Positions 1 through 11,244 of a DNA stretch of 64,000 bases are shown here, piece after piece (positions within the stretch are counted from its first letter, which is position 1; each line of letters begins with the position of its first letter). Origin of the DNA: a virus; the IMG/VR virus record IMGVR_UViG_3300045988_097776. One strand, given 5' to 3'. The notes under the pieces were generated by a model that saw only the letters and a program-made list of their open reading frames with translations, did not search any database and was not told the DNA's origin. Made by a program: the position numbers and the translations under genes.

Positions 1-51
1 CAAATTTTTGGGCAATTATTAATAAATAAAATTGCCAATTTCTCAAATATC

Positions 52-690
<639 letters not shown>

Positions 691-741
691 AGTTAAACCA
701 TCTTCCTCTTGTTTTATATATAATATAAAGGAGGAATTAAT

Positions 742-1131
742 ATGCCTGAAATTGTTATTCAAATATTCTAGCTTTGTATTCTTCCTCTGCTTGGTATTTT
801 AACAAAATATCTCATAGATTTCCTCTCTGCTAAACGAGATGAGTTAAATTCTAAGACAGAGAATGAAACAGCTTAGAAATACACCACTATGATATTTGAT
901 ACTATTACTAAATGTGTAATAGCTACAAATCAGACTTATGTTAATAGCTTAAAAGAACAAGGTGCTTTTGATGCTGAGGCTCAAAAAATTGCATTTGATA
1001 AGACTATGGAATCTGTATTAGAGATCTTATCATCTGATGCAAAACAATATATTATTGAGACAACTGGCGACTTAAATACTTACCTAACTAATCTCATTGA
1101 AGCCGCGGTTAATGAAAATAGAGCATCATGA
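742..1131 (+). CDS. small membrane protein, holin-like (N-terminal TM helix)
   Basis: RBS AAGGAGG at 729-735 and ATG at 742. Hydrophobic N-terminus IVIQIFQLCILPLLGIL. Two in-frame TAGs join it to ORF 889..1131. Confidence 0.45.
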
Positions 1132-1267
1132 TATAATGGGGTTACTATGCCCCATTATATTTTTATACTAAAATTGGCAAAAATTTTGGCAAAATAGTAA
1201 AATTATCTTTGCCAAAATTTTATATAATAATGAAAGGCCAAGGGAATATTTTAAAGGAGGTAAAACT

Positions 1268-1693
1268 ATGGCAGTTAATTATCCATACTATATACCACAA
1301 CAATAGCAACCTTAGTATGCGGCAATCCCTTATGCTCCGCAACAAAGAATGCCCTATGTGGAATAGCCCTAGATTGGAATTAAAGGTCGCCCAGTTTCTT
1401 CAATAGAAGAAGTAAAGGCAACTAGCATTGACTTTGATGGTTCTGTATTTTTCTTTCCTGATTTAGCTAATAAAAAAATATATACAAAATAGATAAATTT
1501 AGATGGAACTTCAACACTTAATGTTTATGAATTAAAAAATATTCCGATTGAAACAGTTGTCAATCCTTCTTAGTTTGTTACTAGAGAAGAATTTGAAACC
1601 GTACTTGCTCAATTAAAAGAAAAAATTGCGCCATAGGCAAATAAATAGCCTACAGCGCAATAGCAGGAATCAAAGCCAAAATTAGATTTTTAA
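1268..1693 (+). CDS. Gln/Tyr-rich hypothetical protein (spore-coat-like composition)
   Basis: RBS AAGGAGG and ATG at 1268. Starts MAVNYPYYIPQQQQPQYAAIPYAPQQ, with many of the Q residues encoded by TAG. Stop is TAA 1691-1693. Confidence 0.45.
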
Positions 1694-1705
1694 GGAGCCG
1701 ATAAA

Positions 1706-1939
1706 ATGAATCCAATGTAGTTAATTCAAATGATTAGGAATGGATAGAATCCTCAATAGCTAACTCTAAATATATTAGAAAGTTAGATGGGGAATAATCC
1801 GTTTGGAGCTAATTTGTTAGATCTTGCCAAATAGAATAAAACCGAAGAGATTGAACAAATAGCTAGAAATCTTTTATCCCAAAGAGGATTAAATTATGAC
1901 AAGGAGTTTGCTGACTTTAAGAAAATGCTCGGCCTTTAA
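1706..1939 (+). CDS. small hypothetical protein
   Basis: ATG at 1706 after AAGGAG. About 77 aa with several in-frame TAGs. Stop is TAA 1937-1939. Confidence 0.35.
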
Positions 1940-1964
1940 TAATTTTCTTAAAGGAGGAACTTAA

Positions 1965-2870
1965 ATGTTCAATTCTAACAATGGATACTCTTTAGCTGAT
2001 ATTGCTGCTGCTACAGGTGGCAATGATCGTAACAATGGCGGAATTTGGAACGACGGAGGAGCTTGGTGGATTATAATTCTATTCTTATTCTGCTTCTCTG
2101 GATGGGGAAATGGATTTGGCGGTTTTGGTGGATATGGAGCCAACAGTAATGGTCTGGGTTCTCCTTCTGGTCAAGGTTGGGCAACTCGCGCAGACATTAA
2201 TGAAGGTTTTGCTTTCCAAAATCTACAGTCTGGAATTAATTCTATCCAGTAGGGAATCTGTGATAGCACATATGCTTTAAATAATGCTTTAACAAATGGT
2301 TTCCATGGAGTAGACAACGCAGTATGCAATCTTGGATATCAGACACAGCAAGGTTTCAATAGCACTAATGTAGCTTTAATGCAGGGTCAAAATGCTTTAG
2401 CTACACAGCTTTCTAACTGTTGTTGTGATACAAAATCTGCAATTCAGCAAGCAAGTTTTGATAATCTCACAAATCAAAATGCTATTTCTCGTCAAATTGC
2501 AGATTGTTGCTGCGAGACTGGTCGTCAGATTGAGAGAGGTTTTGCCGACGTCAACTACAATCTAGCGACTAATACTAATGCACTACAGACTTCTATGGCC
2601 AATAATACTCGTGATATTATTGACAGTCAAAATGCTGGAACTCGTGCAATTCTTGATTATCTCTGCCAGGAGAAAATCTCTGATTTGCAAAACGAGAATC
2701 AGGCCCTTCGTCTCGCTGCTTCTCAACAAGCTCAAAATAACTTTATTACAGCTAACCAAGAAGCTCAAACTGCGGAGCTTATTCGTAGATTAGGACGTGA
2801 TAATCCAATTCCCGCTTATGTAGTACCAAACCCCAACTGTTGCTATAGCATGAGTAATTGCGGGTGTTAA
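1965..2870 (+). CDS. Gly-rich/Cys-rich membrane-associated hypothetical protein
   Basis: ORFs 1965..2252 and 2379..2870 share a frame and are joined by TAG 2250-2252. Glycine-rich N-terminus with a TM segment, then a CCC/CCY-rich C-terminus. Confidence 0.5.
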
Positions 2871-2898
2871 TTTAAATTAAAAGGAGAGATTTGGTTCA

Positions 2899-3321
2899 AT
2901 GGAAATTATTGCGAATGCCGTACAAACAGTACAAGCTAATCAAAATGTCCTTTTTACCGATGCGGTAGTAGGCTGCTCCAACAGCCTACTACACCGCGTT
3001 GGGAGTGGACTAGTAACATTAAAAGGTAATACATCTACTCAGTGTAGAGCTAGATATAAAGCTCATTTTAGCGGTAATATTGCAATCGCCGCAGGTGGAA
3101 CAGCAGGTCCAATTTCTTTAGCTATTGCTATCAATGGAGAAGGGGTAGCTTCTACTACTATGATTTCTACTCCGGCGGCGGTAGGAGATTATAATAATGT
3201 AGCAAGTTCTATATTTATTGATGTACCAAGAGGATGTTGTTTTGAAATTGCCGTAAAAAATATTTCTACTTAGGCAATCGACGTCCAAAACGCAAATCTA
3301 ATTATTGAAAGGGTGGCTTAA
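2899..3321 (+). CDS. BclA C-terminal / C1q-like domain protein
   Basis: Contains QNVLFTDAVVGC..VTLKGN..ISLAIAINGEGV, resembling the exosporium BclA C-terminal domain. TAG 3271-3273 is read through to TAA 3319-3321. Confidence 0.5.
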
Positions 3322-3323
3322 TT

Positions 3324-3926
3324 ATGGAAAGACTTAAACATATGAAAGAAACTCTTATTGGATGTGTTCAATCATAGCTAAGCGATATTCATAATGTAGA
3401 TACCCATGAATTAGGCGAAGTTATTGATATGATAAAAGACTTAGAACAGGCGATGTATTACTGTTCTATTGTCAAGGCAATGGAGGAGAAAGAAGAGGAA
3501 CATAAGAAATATTACATCCCAATGATGCCACCATATTATCTTCCAGATAGAGATATGGATAGAGACGATTGGGGCAGAATGTATTATCCTCGCTCTAGAG
3601 ATTCTCAAGGCAGATACATGGAGGATATGTCAGGTAGTCGTAAAGGATATGGAGAAAAACCAATCTATTACAACGAAAGAGAATATCCCATGGAACTAAG
3701 AGATTCTCGCGAAGGCCGCAGTCCAATTACTCGTCGTATGTATATGGAATCAAAAGAATTGCATAAAGACAAGGATACTAAAATTAGAGAATTGGACAAA
3801 TATATGAAAGAATTAAGTGAGGATTTAGTAGAAATGATTGATGATGCAAGTCCAGAAGAAAGACAGCTCCTAGAGAAAAAGATCTCTGCTCTTGCTACAA
3901 AAATATCTTCTTTAAACCATGCTTAA
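3324..3926 (+). CDS. hypothetical protein (Tyr/Pro-rich, acidic)
   Basis: ATG 3324 is in frame with ORF 3429..3926 through one TAG. Contains YYIPMMPPYYLPDRD. Confidence 0.5.
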
Positions 3927-4245
3927 TATAAATGGAGAAGAATGGAAATTATTCTTAACTTCTCCTATTCATCCTATGTTAATTAGAAGTGATGGTCAAT
4001 TAACAATAGGAGCTTGCGATAGCAAAACTAAAGGTATTTATATCAATGAAGAATTATCTTCAACGATGATGAAAAAAGTTTTATGTCATGAATTAACACA
4101 CGCTGCAATGTTTAGTTATGGGATAGAATTATCATTTGAACAAGAGGAATTGCTAGCAGATTTGATAGCAACTTATGGTCAAGAGATAATAAATATGACT
4201 AACTCAATTTTCAATCGTTTAAAGAAGGATGGGGAACTCAATTAA
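3919..4245 (+). CDS. putative HExxH zinc metallopeptidase-like protein
   Basis: Contains CHELTHAAM and is followed by a strong terminator. Confidence 0.5.
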   Translation: MLNINGEEWKLFLTSPIHPMLIRSDGQLTIGACDSKTKGIYINEELSSTMMKKVLCHELTHAAMFSYGIELSFEQEELLADLIATYGQEIINMTNSIFNRLKKDGELN

Positions 4246-4262
4246 GAGTTCCCCATTTTTTT
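4228..4262 (+). terminator. rho-independent terminator between convergent genes
   Basis: Stem GGGGAACTC, loop aattaa, stem GAGTTCCCC, then a run of eight T. Confidence 0.75.
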
Positions 4263-4264
4263 TA

Positions 4265-4696
4265 TTATACAGATTTAATTTCTAACTCAATCGCTTTTTC
4301 GTAATATTCTTTCGCCTAACCGTTTCCGCCAAGAGAGGTATAGAGTTTATAAAATTCTGTTAACTGGTCATATTGATCTTGCGTCATATATCCTTGTTTG
4401 ATATATATTTTACACAGTTGAACAAGTCGAAATCTATACGAAGCTATAATTAAGGTCAAGTCTTGACTTTCTTTGTTTTCAATCCTCTGTATATATCTTC
4501 GAAGTTCTTCAATATCTTCTACTACAGGTTTCAACTTTTCGTCAATCAATTCAGCTATATCATCATTCTCTTTCTCTTGTAACATCTTTTTGTAAGCTAT
4601 TAATTGTTTATATAAATATCTACAAAAAGCCAAAGCACCTGCGGAAATTAGACCAAACAGAATTTCTACTATATGTTCTGCTATAAATGTAAACAT
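4265..4696 (-). CDS. hypothetical TM/coiled-coil protein
   Basis: ORF 4316..4696 ends at TAG and continues in frame (QAKEYYEKAIELEIKSV) to TAA 4265-4267. Confidence 0.5.
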
Positions 4697-4698
4697 AA

Positions 4699-4757
4699 AA
4701 TCCTCCTTTCTTAACTTCTCAAAGTATTTTAAAGTTAAGAAAGGAGGATTTTTTTAT
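4699..4757 (-). terminator. 21-bp inverted repeat hairpin whose 3' arm carries the GGAGG RBS of gene 4265..4696
   Basis: AAATCCTCCTTTCTTAACTT...AAGTTAAGAAAGGAGGATTT, sitting directly after the RuvC-like gene. Confidence 0.5.
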
Positions 4758-4766
4758 TTGGACCAA

Positions 4767-5249
4767 TTACCAAGCGCACTAATTCTATTTTATATGCGCA
4801 AGGCCGATACAAACCGCATCACTTTCATCTTGAGTTGGTTTTGTACCATAGTTATTTAACACATAATCCTGGGCATTTTTTTTCTATTCTGGTCTAGTGC
4901 GACCCTTTATCCCAAGAAGAGATTTCCATGAAGTAGATAAAATCGTTGAATGAGGTATTTTCTCTTCTTCTAATAATTCGGAAATAACTCCATAGACCTC
5001 CGCTAAAATTTTAAAGGTCTATACATTATTAGATACATTATTTTGCTATTGTATATCTTCAAAAACGACTTCATCTATATTAAACTAGATAATAAGATCT
5101 TTTATCTTTTGTCTTATCTTTACTAATCTAGTATCTATATTACTATCTTCGACAACAAATTTACCAAATGTTTTTAACTTATTATCTTCAAAGACCGCGT
5201 AACCCGTGGTCTTTGAACTCTAATCGAGAGCTAATAATCTTTTATTCAT
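4767..5249 (-). CDS. RuvC-like Holliday junction resolvase
   Basis: Minus-strand translation gives MNKRLLALDQSSKTTGYAVFEDNKL and a C-terminus ESDAVCIGLAHIK. Several in-frame TAGs. Its start overlaps the stop of the upstream GIY-YIG gene. Confidence 0.6.
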
Positions 5250-5907
5250 GCTTAAACCTCCATTTATATCCATATGCACTTTTTCTTTTCCCCCGACATA
5301 CCGCTAAAATATTTGCTCCACCTTTTGTTTCTCCCATTACTTCTCTTGCGGCAGCGCCTCCAGATGGAAATTCTTTTATCACTATTTCTGTTAATGGATC
5401 TAACTATTGCACTATTTTAGCATTCGATGGCATTTTTACTCCATTGATCTTTCTTGTTTCTTGAATTTTATTTATTGTTTCTTTTGATAAATGAGTTCCT
5501 AACATTCTTTTTCTAGATATCTCACTCATATACTATCTAAATTCTGGATTTTGCCATTTCTTTTTCCCTGCTTCAGAAATTTTTTTTCTTCCTTCTTCGG
5601 TTAAAAAATTAGAACCTCCATGCGGTCTACCGCCTTCATCTAAGTTATATCCATAATTTGGATTAGTTAAATTTAATTCTTTGATTACCTATCTTTCTTT
5701 GTTTAAAGCCTCTTCCTAAATATCGGAATCAAATATTAATTTTTTAGTTATATTATCCCATCCATACTTCTAAATAGCTTTATATACCAATGGACATTTT
5801 TTATATCCATTTCCATTATCCCATCTACGCTAAAGGGTCTAGGATGTATATCCACAATAAAATTTTCCATTGGGGAAAATAAATAAATAAACTTTATATT
5901 TTTTCAT
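5242..5907 (-). CDS. GIY-YIG homing endonuclease (I-TevI-like with NUMOD-like DNA-binding modules)
   Basis: Reads MKKYKVYLFIFPNGKFYCGYTSQTLQRRWDNGNGYKK...GRPHGGSNFLTEEGRKKIS...AYGYKWRFKHE. It has 7 in-frame TAGs. Invisible to standard-code ORF calling. Confidence 0.65.
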
Positions 5908-5955
5908 AAAAAAATCCTCCTTATATTTAATATAAAAATATAAGGAGGATTACTA
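5908..5955 (-). terminator. terminator hairpin plus T-run; 3' arm contains the RBS of the homing endonuclease gene
   Basis: AATCCTCCTTATATTT / AAATATAAGGAGGATT inverted repeat, followed on the minus strand by TTTTTTT then ATG. Confidence 0.6.
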
Positions 5956-5980
5956 ATAAATTTTGACCAAAGTTGGAGAA

Positions 5981-6547
5981 TTATTTAGAAGTGCTTCCAA
6001 ATCCGCCAAGTCTTTCTCCAGTCGCAGCATCATTATCTGTAATCCCATAGCTTTTAATAATACCTTGACCAATCTTATCTCCTCGCTTCAGTTGGATAGC
6101 AAAAGGAGATAGATTAACGAGTTGAAAGAAAATCTCTCCTTCATTATCGGGATTATCGCAATAGTCAGCATCAATAATACCTACGCTATTCCCGCAAATA
6201 ATCCAGTGTTTAAGAGGAGTAGAACTGCGGACGCTTAATTCTAAATACTGCCCAGGATTTAAATGACATTTCATTCCTGTTGATACTAGCGTAATCTTGG
6301 ATTTTAATTCTTTAGTAAGATTAGCCATATCATCAAGAGTAAATGGGTCTACGAACCCATAAAAATCCTTGTCAGCATTTTTTTCAAAAACATGATCTTG
6401 AATCTTAGAAGTTAAAAAATTCATTGGAGGAAGAACGACATCTTCTGCAACTACAAAATCATAGCCTGCGGAATTTGCGGTTGCGCGAGTTGGTATAGGT
6501 AGATCAATGTCATTAAAACGACTTACTTTCTCGAAATATACGCTCAT
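5981..6547 (-). CDS. dUTPase / dCTP deaminase family protein
   Basis: Contains GYDFVVAED and GIIDADYCDNPDNEGEI (dUTPase motif III-like). Likely starts at the internal ATG (MSVYFEK) with RBS GGAGG. Confidence 0.65.
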   Translation of the reverse strand: MSVYFEKVSRFNDIDLPIPTRATANSAGYDFVVAEDVVLPPMNFLTSKIQDHVFEKNADKDFYGFVDPFTLDDMANLTKELKSKITLVSTGMKCHLNPGQYLELSVRSSTPLKHWIICGNSVGIIDADYCDNPDNEGEIFFQLVNLSPFAIQLKRGDKIGQGIIKSYGITDNDAATGERLGGFGSTSK

Positions 6548-6548
6548 A

Positions 6549-6806
6549 TTATTCCTCCGTAATAGTAATTGGCATAACGCCTTCTGGTTCTTTTTCATTG
6601 TCGATAGTCATTGTAGCAGTAACGAGTTGATACTCCTCAATTATTTCTCCCTTTTGCTTAATATACTTAGTAGCATATTTAAATGAGGTTAACTCTCCTA
6701 CTGCCGTCTTTTCTAGCCATTTCCGCAGTCTAAGTGCATCTTCTACGGTTGGCACTCTATAAGTATTTGTAGACTTTAAATTATAAACCATATTAAATTC
6801 CCTCAA
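6549..6806 (-). CDS. hypothetical protein
   Basis: ORF with a 4-nt overlap to the downstream start. Confidence 0.45.
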   Translation of the reverse strand: MREFNMVYNLKSTNTYRVPTVEDALRLRKWLEKTAVGELTSFKYATKYIKQKGEIIEEYQLVTATMTIDNEKEPEGVMPITITEE

Positions 6807-7059
6807 CTGTAATTTTATTATTTGAATACATACTTGCTTCTAAATCTCGCACAAAATTCTTTATTTCCCCTGTAATTGCAAGAGGGGCATGAATTAGTAT
6901 GCTATATATATTGTTTCCGTAAGAAAGTCCAACCAGAGTTTCCGCCAGGCCGTTAATATCAGAGCATACTTTCATTTGTTTTTGCAATCCATCTTCTAGG
7001 ATATATACAGTAGATTCCATCGCGAATGGATCATAATTAACAATAATGCTATTTGTCAT
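6793..7059 (-). CDS. hypothetical protein
   Basis: ORF overlapping the starts and stops of its neighbours. Confidence 0.45.
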   Translation of the reverse strand: MTNSIIVNYDPFAMESTVYILEDGLQKQMKVCSDINGLAETLVGLSYGNNIYSILIHAPLAITGEIKNFVRDLEASMYSNNKITVEGI

Positions 7060-7400
7060 ACTTGTATCACCCCTTTTGCATAGTCGAAAAATGCGTACAT
7101 ATCACATTTGCCTTCATATAAAATCCAAATTTCTATAATATCTCCATTTACTTCTATTGATTTAATTTCTCCGAGAGACTTGGAGACTGAGATAATCTCA
7201 CGTGCCATTTTTTCTACGTCTATATTATTTTCATAAACAAATAAAGTGAAGTATTTATTATCATGATTAAGCATCATGTAATATTGTGAGTTGTGAGATT
7301 TTAAAAATGTGATAATATCTTCTTTAGCCGTATCTAGCTCGGCTTTTGTCATTTTTGGAAGAGAAGCATATCCAGCTTGATTTAACTCATATAAAGTCAT
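7056..7400 (-). CDS. hypothetical protein
   Basis: ORF. Confidence 0.45.
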   Translation of the reverse strand: MTLYELNQAGYASLPKMTKAELDTAKEDIITFLKSHNSQYYMMLNHDNKYFTLFVYENNIDVEKMAREIISVSKSLGEIKSIEVNGDIIEIWILYEGKCDMYAFFDYAKGVIQV

Positions 7401-7436
7401 ATCTAGCCCTCCTTTTCTTTTAATATAATATCATAA

Positions 7437-7979
7437 TTATTGTATTCTGTCAACAATTATTGCTCCTATAGAATTACCCAATGTAACTACTATTAGAAAT
7501 AATATTATATCAATAGAAAGCACACCAGCGGCCAAGGCATAACAAAGATCGGCAATGCAATGTTCTCCACCGAATAATATAAAGCCTGTTACACAAACTG
7601 GCACCATATAATCTTTATTTCTCTTAAATGAAGATACTGCCGAATATATAAATATACCACAAACAATTCCTTTTAGGAAAACTAGATATAGCGGAACTGC
7701 AATCTTAGCAGAGACCAAAGATAGAGCTGCTGCGTGCGGAAAAGCTAAAATCCCGCACGCTCCAATGATATTTCCTGATAAAATAATAAGATTGTCTTTT
7801 ATATCATTTTTGCTCTTGATATAACCAACTGAACCAGTAAACAACTTAAACTACATATTTAGTATGGTTAATAAACCAATGGAAAACATAATAGCTCCAA
7901 CTATACCACCAACAGACAAATAGATATAGCTTGCTATTGCTATCATTATTCCTCCAAAAATACTTTTTACGAAAATCAT
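7437..7979 (-). CDS. polytopic membrane protein
   Basis: ORF 7437..7844 extends upstream in frame through TAG 7851-7853 to ATG 7977-7979. Five or six hydrophobic segments. ATGA overlap with the NrdG stop. Confidence 0.5.
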
Positions 7980-8449
7980 TTTAGGTAGATTATCTTCTAA
8001 TTACGACTACCCCTTAGAGGCTCTGTAATATCTCTTTCATTTTCAATATATGGCCCATCAATTAGCACATCAGTTAATTGAAGTATATTCTAAATAACTG
8101 TATCTGTTGTTTTTCTTAAATCTTCATACAAGTATCCAGTCCATAGATAAACCTTCAAATCAGGAATTGTCTCCTTTGCGGTTTGTATTACTAGATGGGT
8201 TAAAAATGTATTTTCTGGACATAATGGTTCGCCGCCCATTATACATAAAGTTCTCTTAATTCCATTAGCAGTTAGCCCTTCTAAGATTGAATTAAGAGTT
8301 TCATGAGTAAATTCTCTGCCACTATCAAAATCCCAAGTCTCTTGATTATGACACCCTTTACATCTATGGGGGCATCCTTGAGTAAAGAAACTCAAGGATA
8401 CTCCGGGAGCAGCAGCAAAGTCATTTTTTATAATACCTGCATACTTCAT
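7976..8449 (-). CDS. nrdG: anaerobic ribonucleotide reductase activating protein (radical SAM)
   Basis: Contains CPHRCKGCHN. ORF 8090..8449 ends at TAG, and read-through gives the canonical C-terminus VLIDGPYIENERDITEPL to TGA 7976-7978. Confidence 0.8.
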
Positions 8450-10635
8450 TCCATATACCCCACATGTTTAACTCTATTGTTTACTTCATCCTGCTTTCCT
8501 TTATTAAAGGCGGTCTTGTAGTTACCAGTTAGATAGCCTGTTACCCTTCTTAACTGTTGAATTTCTTTACTACCGCACTGAGGGCACTTATCATTAAACT
8601 CGCCAGTATATCCGCAATTTAGGCAGGTGTCACATGGAACATTTATTGCAAAGTATGGAATATCTTTATCCATAGCATAATTTACTAATGTCTCCATAGC
8701 ATCAATATTCTTTTCCATGCCAGTATCTAACTCAACATAAGTAATACAACCAGCAGAAGAATATCCAGTTAATTGACTTTCAATATCAATTTTATCAAAT
8801 GGAGAGAGTTGGTGCCATACTGGTACGTGCATAGAATTAGTAAAGAACTCTCTATCGCTTACATTAGGAATGATACCATACTTATCACGGAATTTTTTAA
8901 GAGAGGTATAGCAAAGATTCTCGGCTGGAGTATAATATACTCCGAAATTAAGTCTATATTTTTCTTTATACTCTGCGCATCTATCTTTAAATAACTGCTC
9001 TATTCTTTTTGCTAATTTCATGCCCTCTGGCTCAGTATGATCACATCCAATAAGAATTTGTAAAGTTTCTGCCAATCCAATCTGCCCAAGACTCAATGTG
9101 CCATGTTGTAAAGCACTTCGAGTAGAAATTCCATCATATCCAGCCATTAAGCCATTTTCATACATGAATTTTGCCGAATCCGCAGGTTGCGCACAGATAT
9201 ATTCAAATCTTTCAAGAAGCATATCTTTCGCTTCTTCGATCTTAATATCTAAAAGTTTCATAAAAGTTTCTACGTCACCATTAGCTTCCATTGCTATTGT
9301 TGGCATTATAATAGTAACAGGACAGATATTTCCTCTACCGTCTTTCTGTTGCTTTAAGCCGTTAATATCGAATCCATTAGCAGTTCTACATCCCATTGTA
9401 GAGAAATATGTACTTGGATCGTTTACATCATATCCGGCATTGCCAGACCAATCTACATTAGCATAATTAGGATATAATCTAGTGGCAGTAGACTTTAATG
9501 CTAATCTAAATAAATCGTAATTTGGATCTCCAGGCTTCCTATTTACACCTTTCATACATTGGAAAATTCCACAGGGGAAAATTGAAGTCTTGTGAAGTCT
9601 ACCAAGTCCTTCAATAGAGACTTCCAGAAGAGCTTTAGTAACCATTCTTCCTTCTGGAAGAGTACAAGTTCCATAGTTAATAGAAGTAAATGGAAGTTGA
9701 TTGCCGGAACGAGATTGAAGAGTATTTAGATTATGATACATTCCCTCAACCGCTTGATGAACTTCCTTTTCTGTCATAGCGATAGCATATGAATATGCGC
9801 CTTTAAATTCCTTATAGATAGGATCTTCAATAGACAGTTGATTATTTAATCTATCATCCATGCTAATGACTTGTTCGATATATGTCAATCCATCCATATA
9901 ATGTTTATAGAAACTTTTTCTTACATAAGGAATCATAGTCCAATCAAGATGTGTAGCAGAAACGCCACCAAACTGCTGTAAACTTTGAAGCTGAAAGATT
10001 ACAGCAACAAGTTGAAAAGCTGTATTTACTGAACCCGCTGGTCGTACATCAGTTTGTCTTGTATTGAATCCTTTTGCAAGCAAATCATCAAAAGGAATAG
10101 AAAGACAGTTATGCATACCTACTGCATAAGCATTTAAGTCATGAATATAAATCTCATTATTCTCATGGTTTGCGCGTGATTTATTAGATACAAGATAATC
10201 AAGAGCGTACTTCTTCATTTGCAAATCAGAAGCTGCACCAACTCTTCCGCCGAATGACATTTCATCAACATTAGCATTTTGATTCTCTATATCTGAACCC
10301 TGCACTTTGGCAGAAAAGGCTTTCATAAAATCGTCTTGCCCTTTTCTGGCAATTTCTCTTTTATATCTATATCTAATGTATGCTTTAGCAACGTCTCTCC
10401 GCTCAGACTTCATAAGAAAATCTTCCACCATGTCTTGAATTTTTTCTACAGAAACCACATCGTCAGAAGTTTTTACTGCATACTTAATTTCATCTGCAAT
10501 ATCATTTGCAGTATCATCTTCATATAATTCTCCATCTACTTCGATGAAGGCTTTATTGATAGCGTTGATAATTCGTTCTCTATCAAATGGAACTACTATA
10601 CCATTTCTTTTCTTTATTTGTAACATATAATACAA
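8446..10635 (-). CDS. nrdD: anaerobic ribonucleoside-triphosphate reductase (class III, glycyl radical)
   Basis: 729 aa with an ATP-cone N-terminus and C-terminal CPQCG...RRVTGYL glycyl radical motif. Confidence 0.9.
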   Translation of the reverse strand: MYYMLQIKKRNGIVVPFDRERIINAINKAFIEVDGELYEDDTANDIADEIKYAVKTSDDVVSVEKIQDMVEDFLMKSERRDVAKAYIRYRYKREIARKGQDDFMKAFSAKVQGSDIENQNANVDEMSFGGRVGAASDLQMKKYALDYLVSNKSRANHENNEIYIHDLNAYAVGMHNCLSIPFDDLLAKGFNTRQTDVRPAGSVNTAFQLVAVIFQLQSLQQFGGVSATHLDWTMIPYVRKSFYKHYMDGLTYIEQVISMDDRLNNQLSIEDPIYKEFKGAYSYAIAMTEKEVHQAVEGMYHNLNTLQSRSGNQLPFTSINYGTCTLPEGRMVTKALLEVSIEGLGRLHKTSIFPCGIFQCMKGVNRKPGDPNYDLFRLALKSTATRLYPNYANVDWSGNAGYDVNDPSTYFSTMGCRTANGFDINGLKQQKDGRGNICPVTIIMPTIAMEANGDVETFMKLLDIKIEEAKDMLLERFEYICAQPADSAKFMYENGLMAGYDGISTRSALQHGTLSLGQIGLAETLQILIGCDHTEPEGMKLAKRIEQLFKDRCAEYKEKYRLNFGVYYTPAENLCYTSLKKFRDKYGIIPNVSDREFFTNSMHVPVWHQLSPFDKIDIESQLTGYSSAGCITYVELDTGMEKNIDAMETLVNYAMDKDIPYFAINVPCDTCLNCGYTGEFNDKCPQCGSKEIQQLRRVTGYLTGNYKTAFNKGKQDEVNNRVKHVGYME

Positions 10636-10692
10636 CTCCTTGTAATATATTTTTTGTTGAACACTATATATTGTGATTTCTAATATAATTAT

Positions 10693-11244
10693 TTAATAGA
10701 ATTGTCCAAATATAGTATCAACAGCTATATCAATATCATCTAAGGTATTGTTCTAAAGAGTTATATATTTTATATCATTAAGAAAACTAAAATCTTCTGT
10801 ATCCGCTTTGTATCTTCTAATTATTTCGTCTACATCAGGATTTTCTTCTCTATTCAGCTATCTTAAAAGACGCTACTTACCCGCGGCCCGCACATAAAAT
10901 ACATACAGTTCAATGTTTTCATCTTCCTGTAAGCATCTAACTCCTTCTGGATTAAATACTCCTATATTTATCTTATCTATTGTTAGACTTTGACTATCTG
11001 TTCCATAGTGCCAACCATTAAATTCAGTAGCCTCTAGCATATCTCCATTTAAGATTTTTCTAATAAAATCTTCAACGGATAAGAAGTGATAATTAACTCC
11101 TTCTTTCTCTCCCTGCCTAGGAGGTCGAGTCGTACAACTAATAATTTCATTGAAATAGGAAGGATACTTCTCCATAATTCTATGGAGAATAGTATCCTTA
11201 CCGCTTCCTGCTTCACCCATTAATGCTACTATCTTCATCTTCAT
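10693..11244 (-). CDS. gmk: guanylate kinase
   Basis: Contains GEAGSGKDT and CTTRPPRQGE..GVNYHF. ORF 10873..11244 ends at TAG, and read-through of 3 TAGs gives the C-terminus YITLQNNTLDDIDQLVDTIF to TAA 10693-10695. Confidence 0.6.

Noticed and set aside
9098-9466. Plus-strand ORFs inside nrdD (also 8303-8521, 8773-8994, 10336-10527)
   Set aside because: They are antisense to a strongly recognisable NrdD and are treated as spurious.
10696-10730. Apparent TTGGACA/TATATT promoter upstream of nrdD
   Set aside because: After TAG read-through this sequence lies inside the 3' end of the guanylate kinase coding region (10693-11244).
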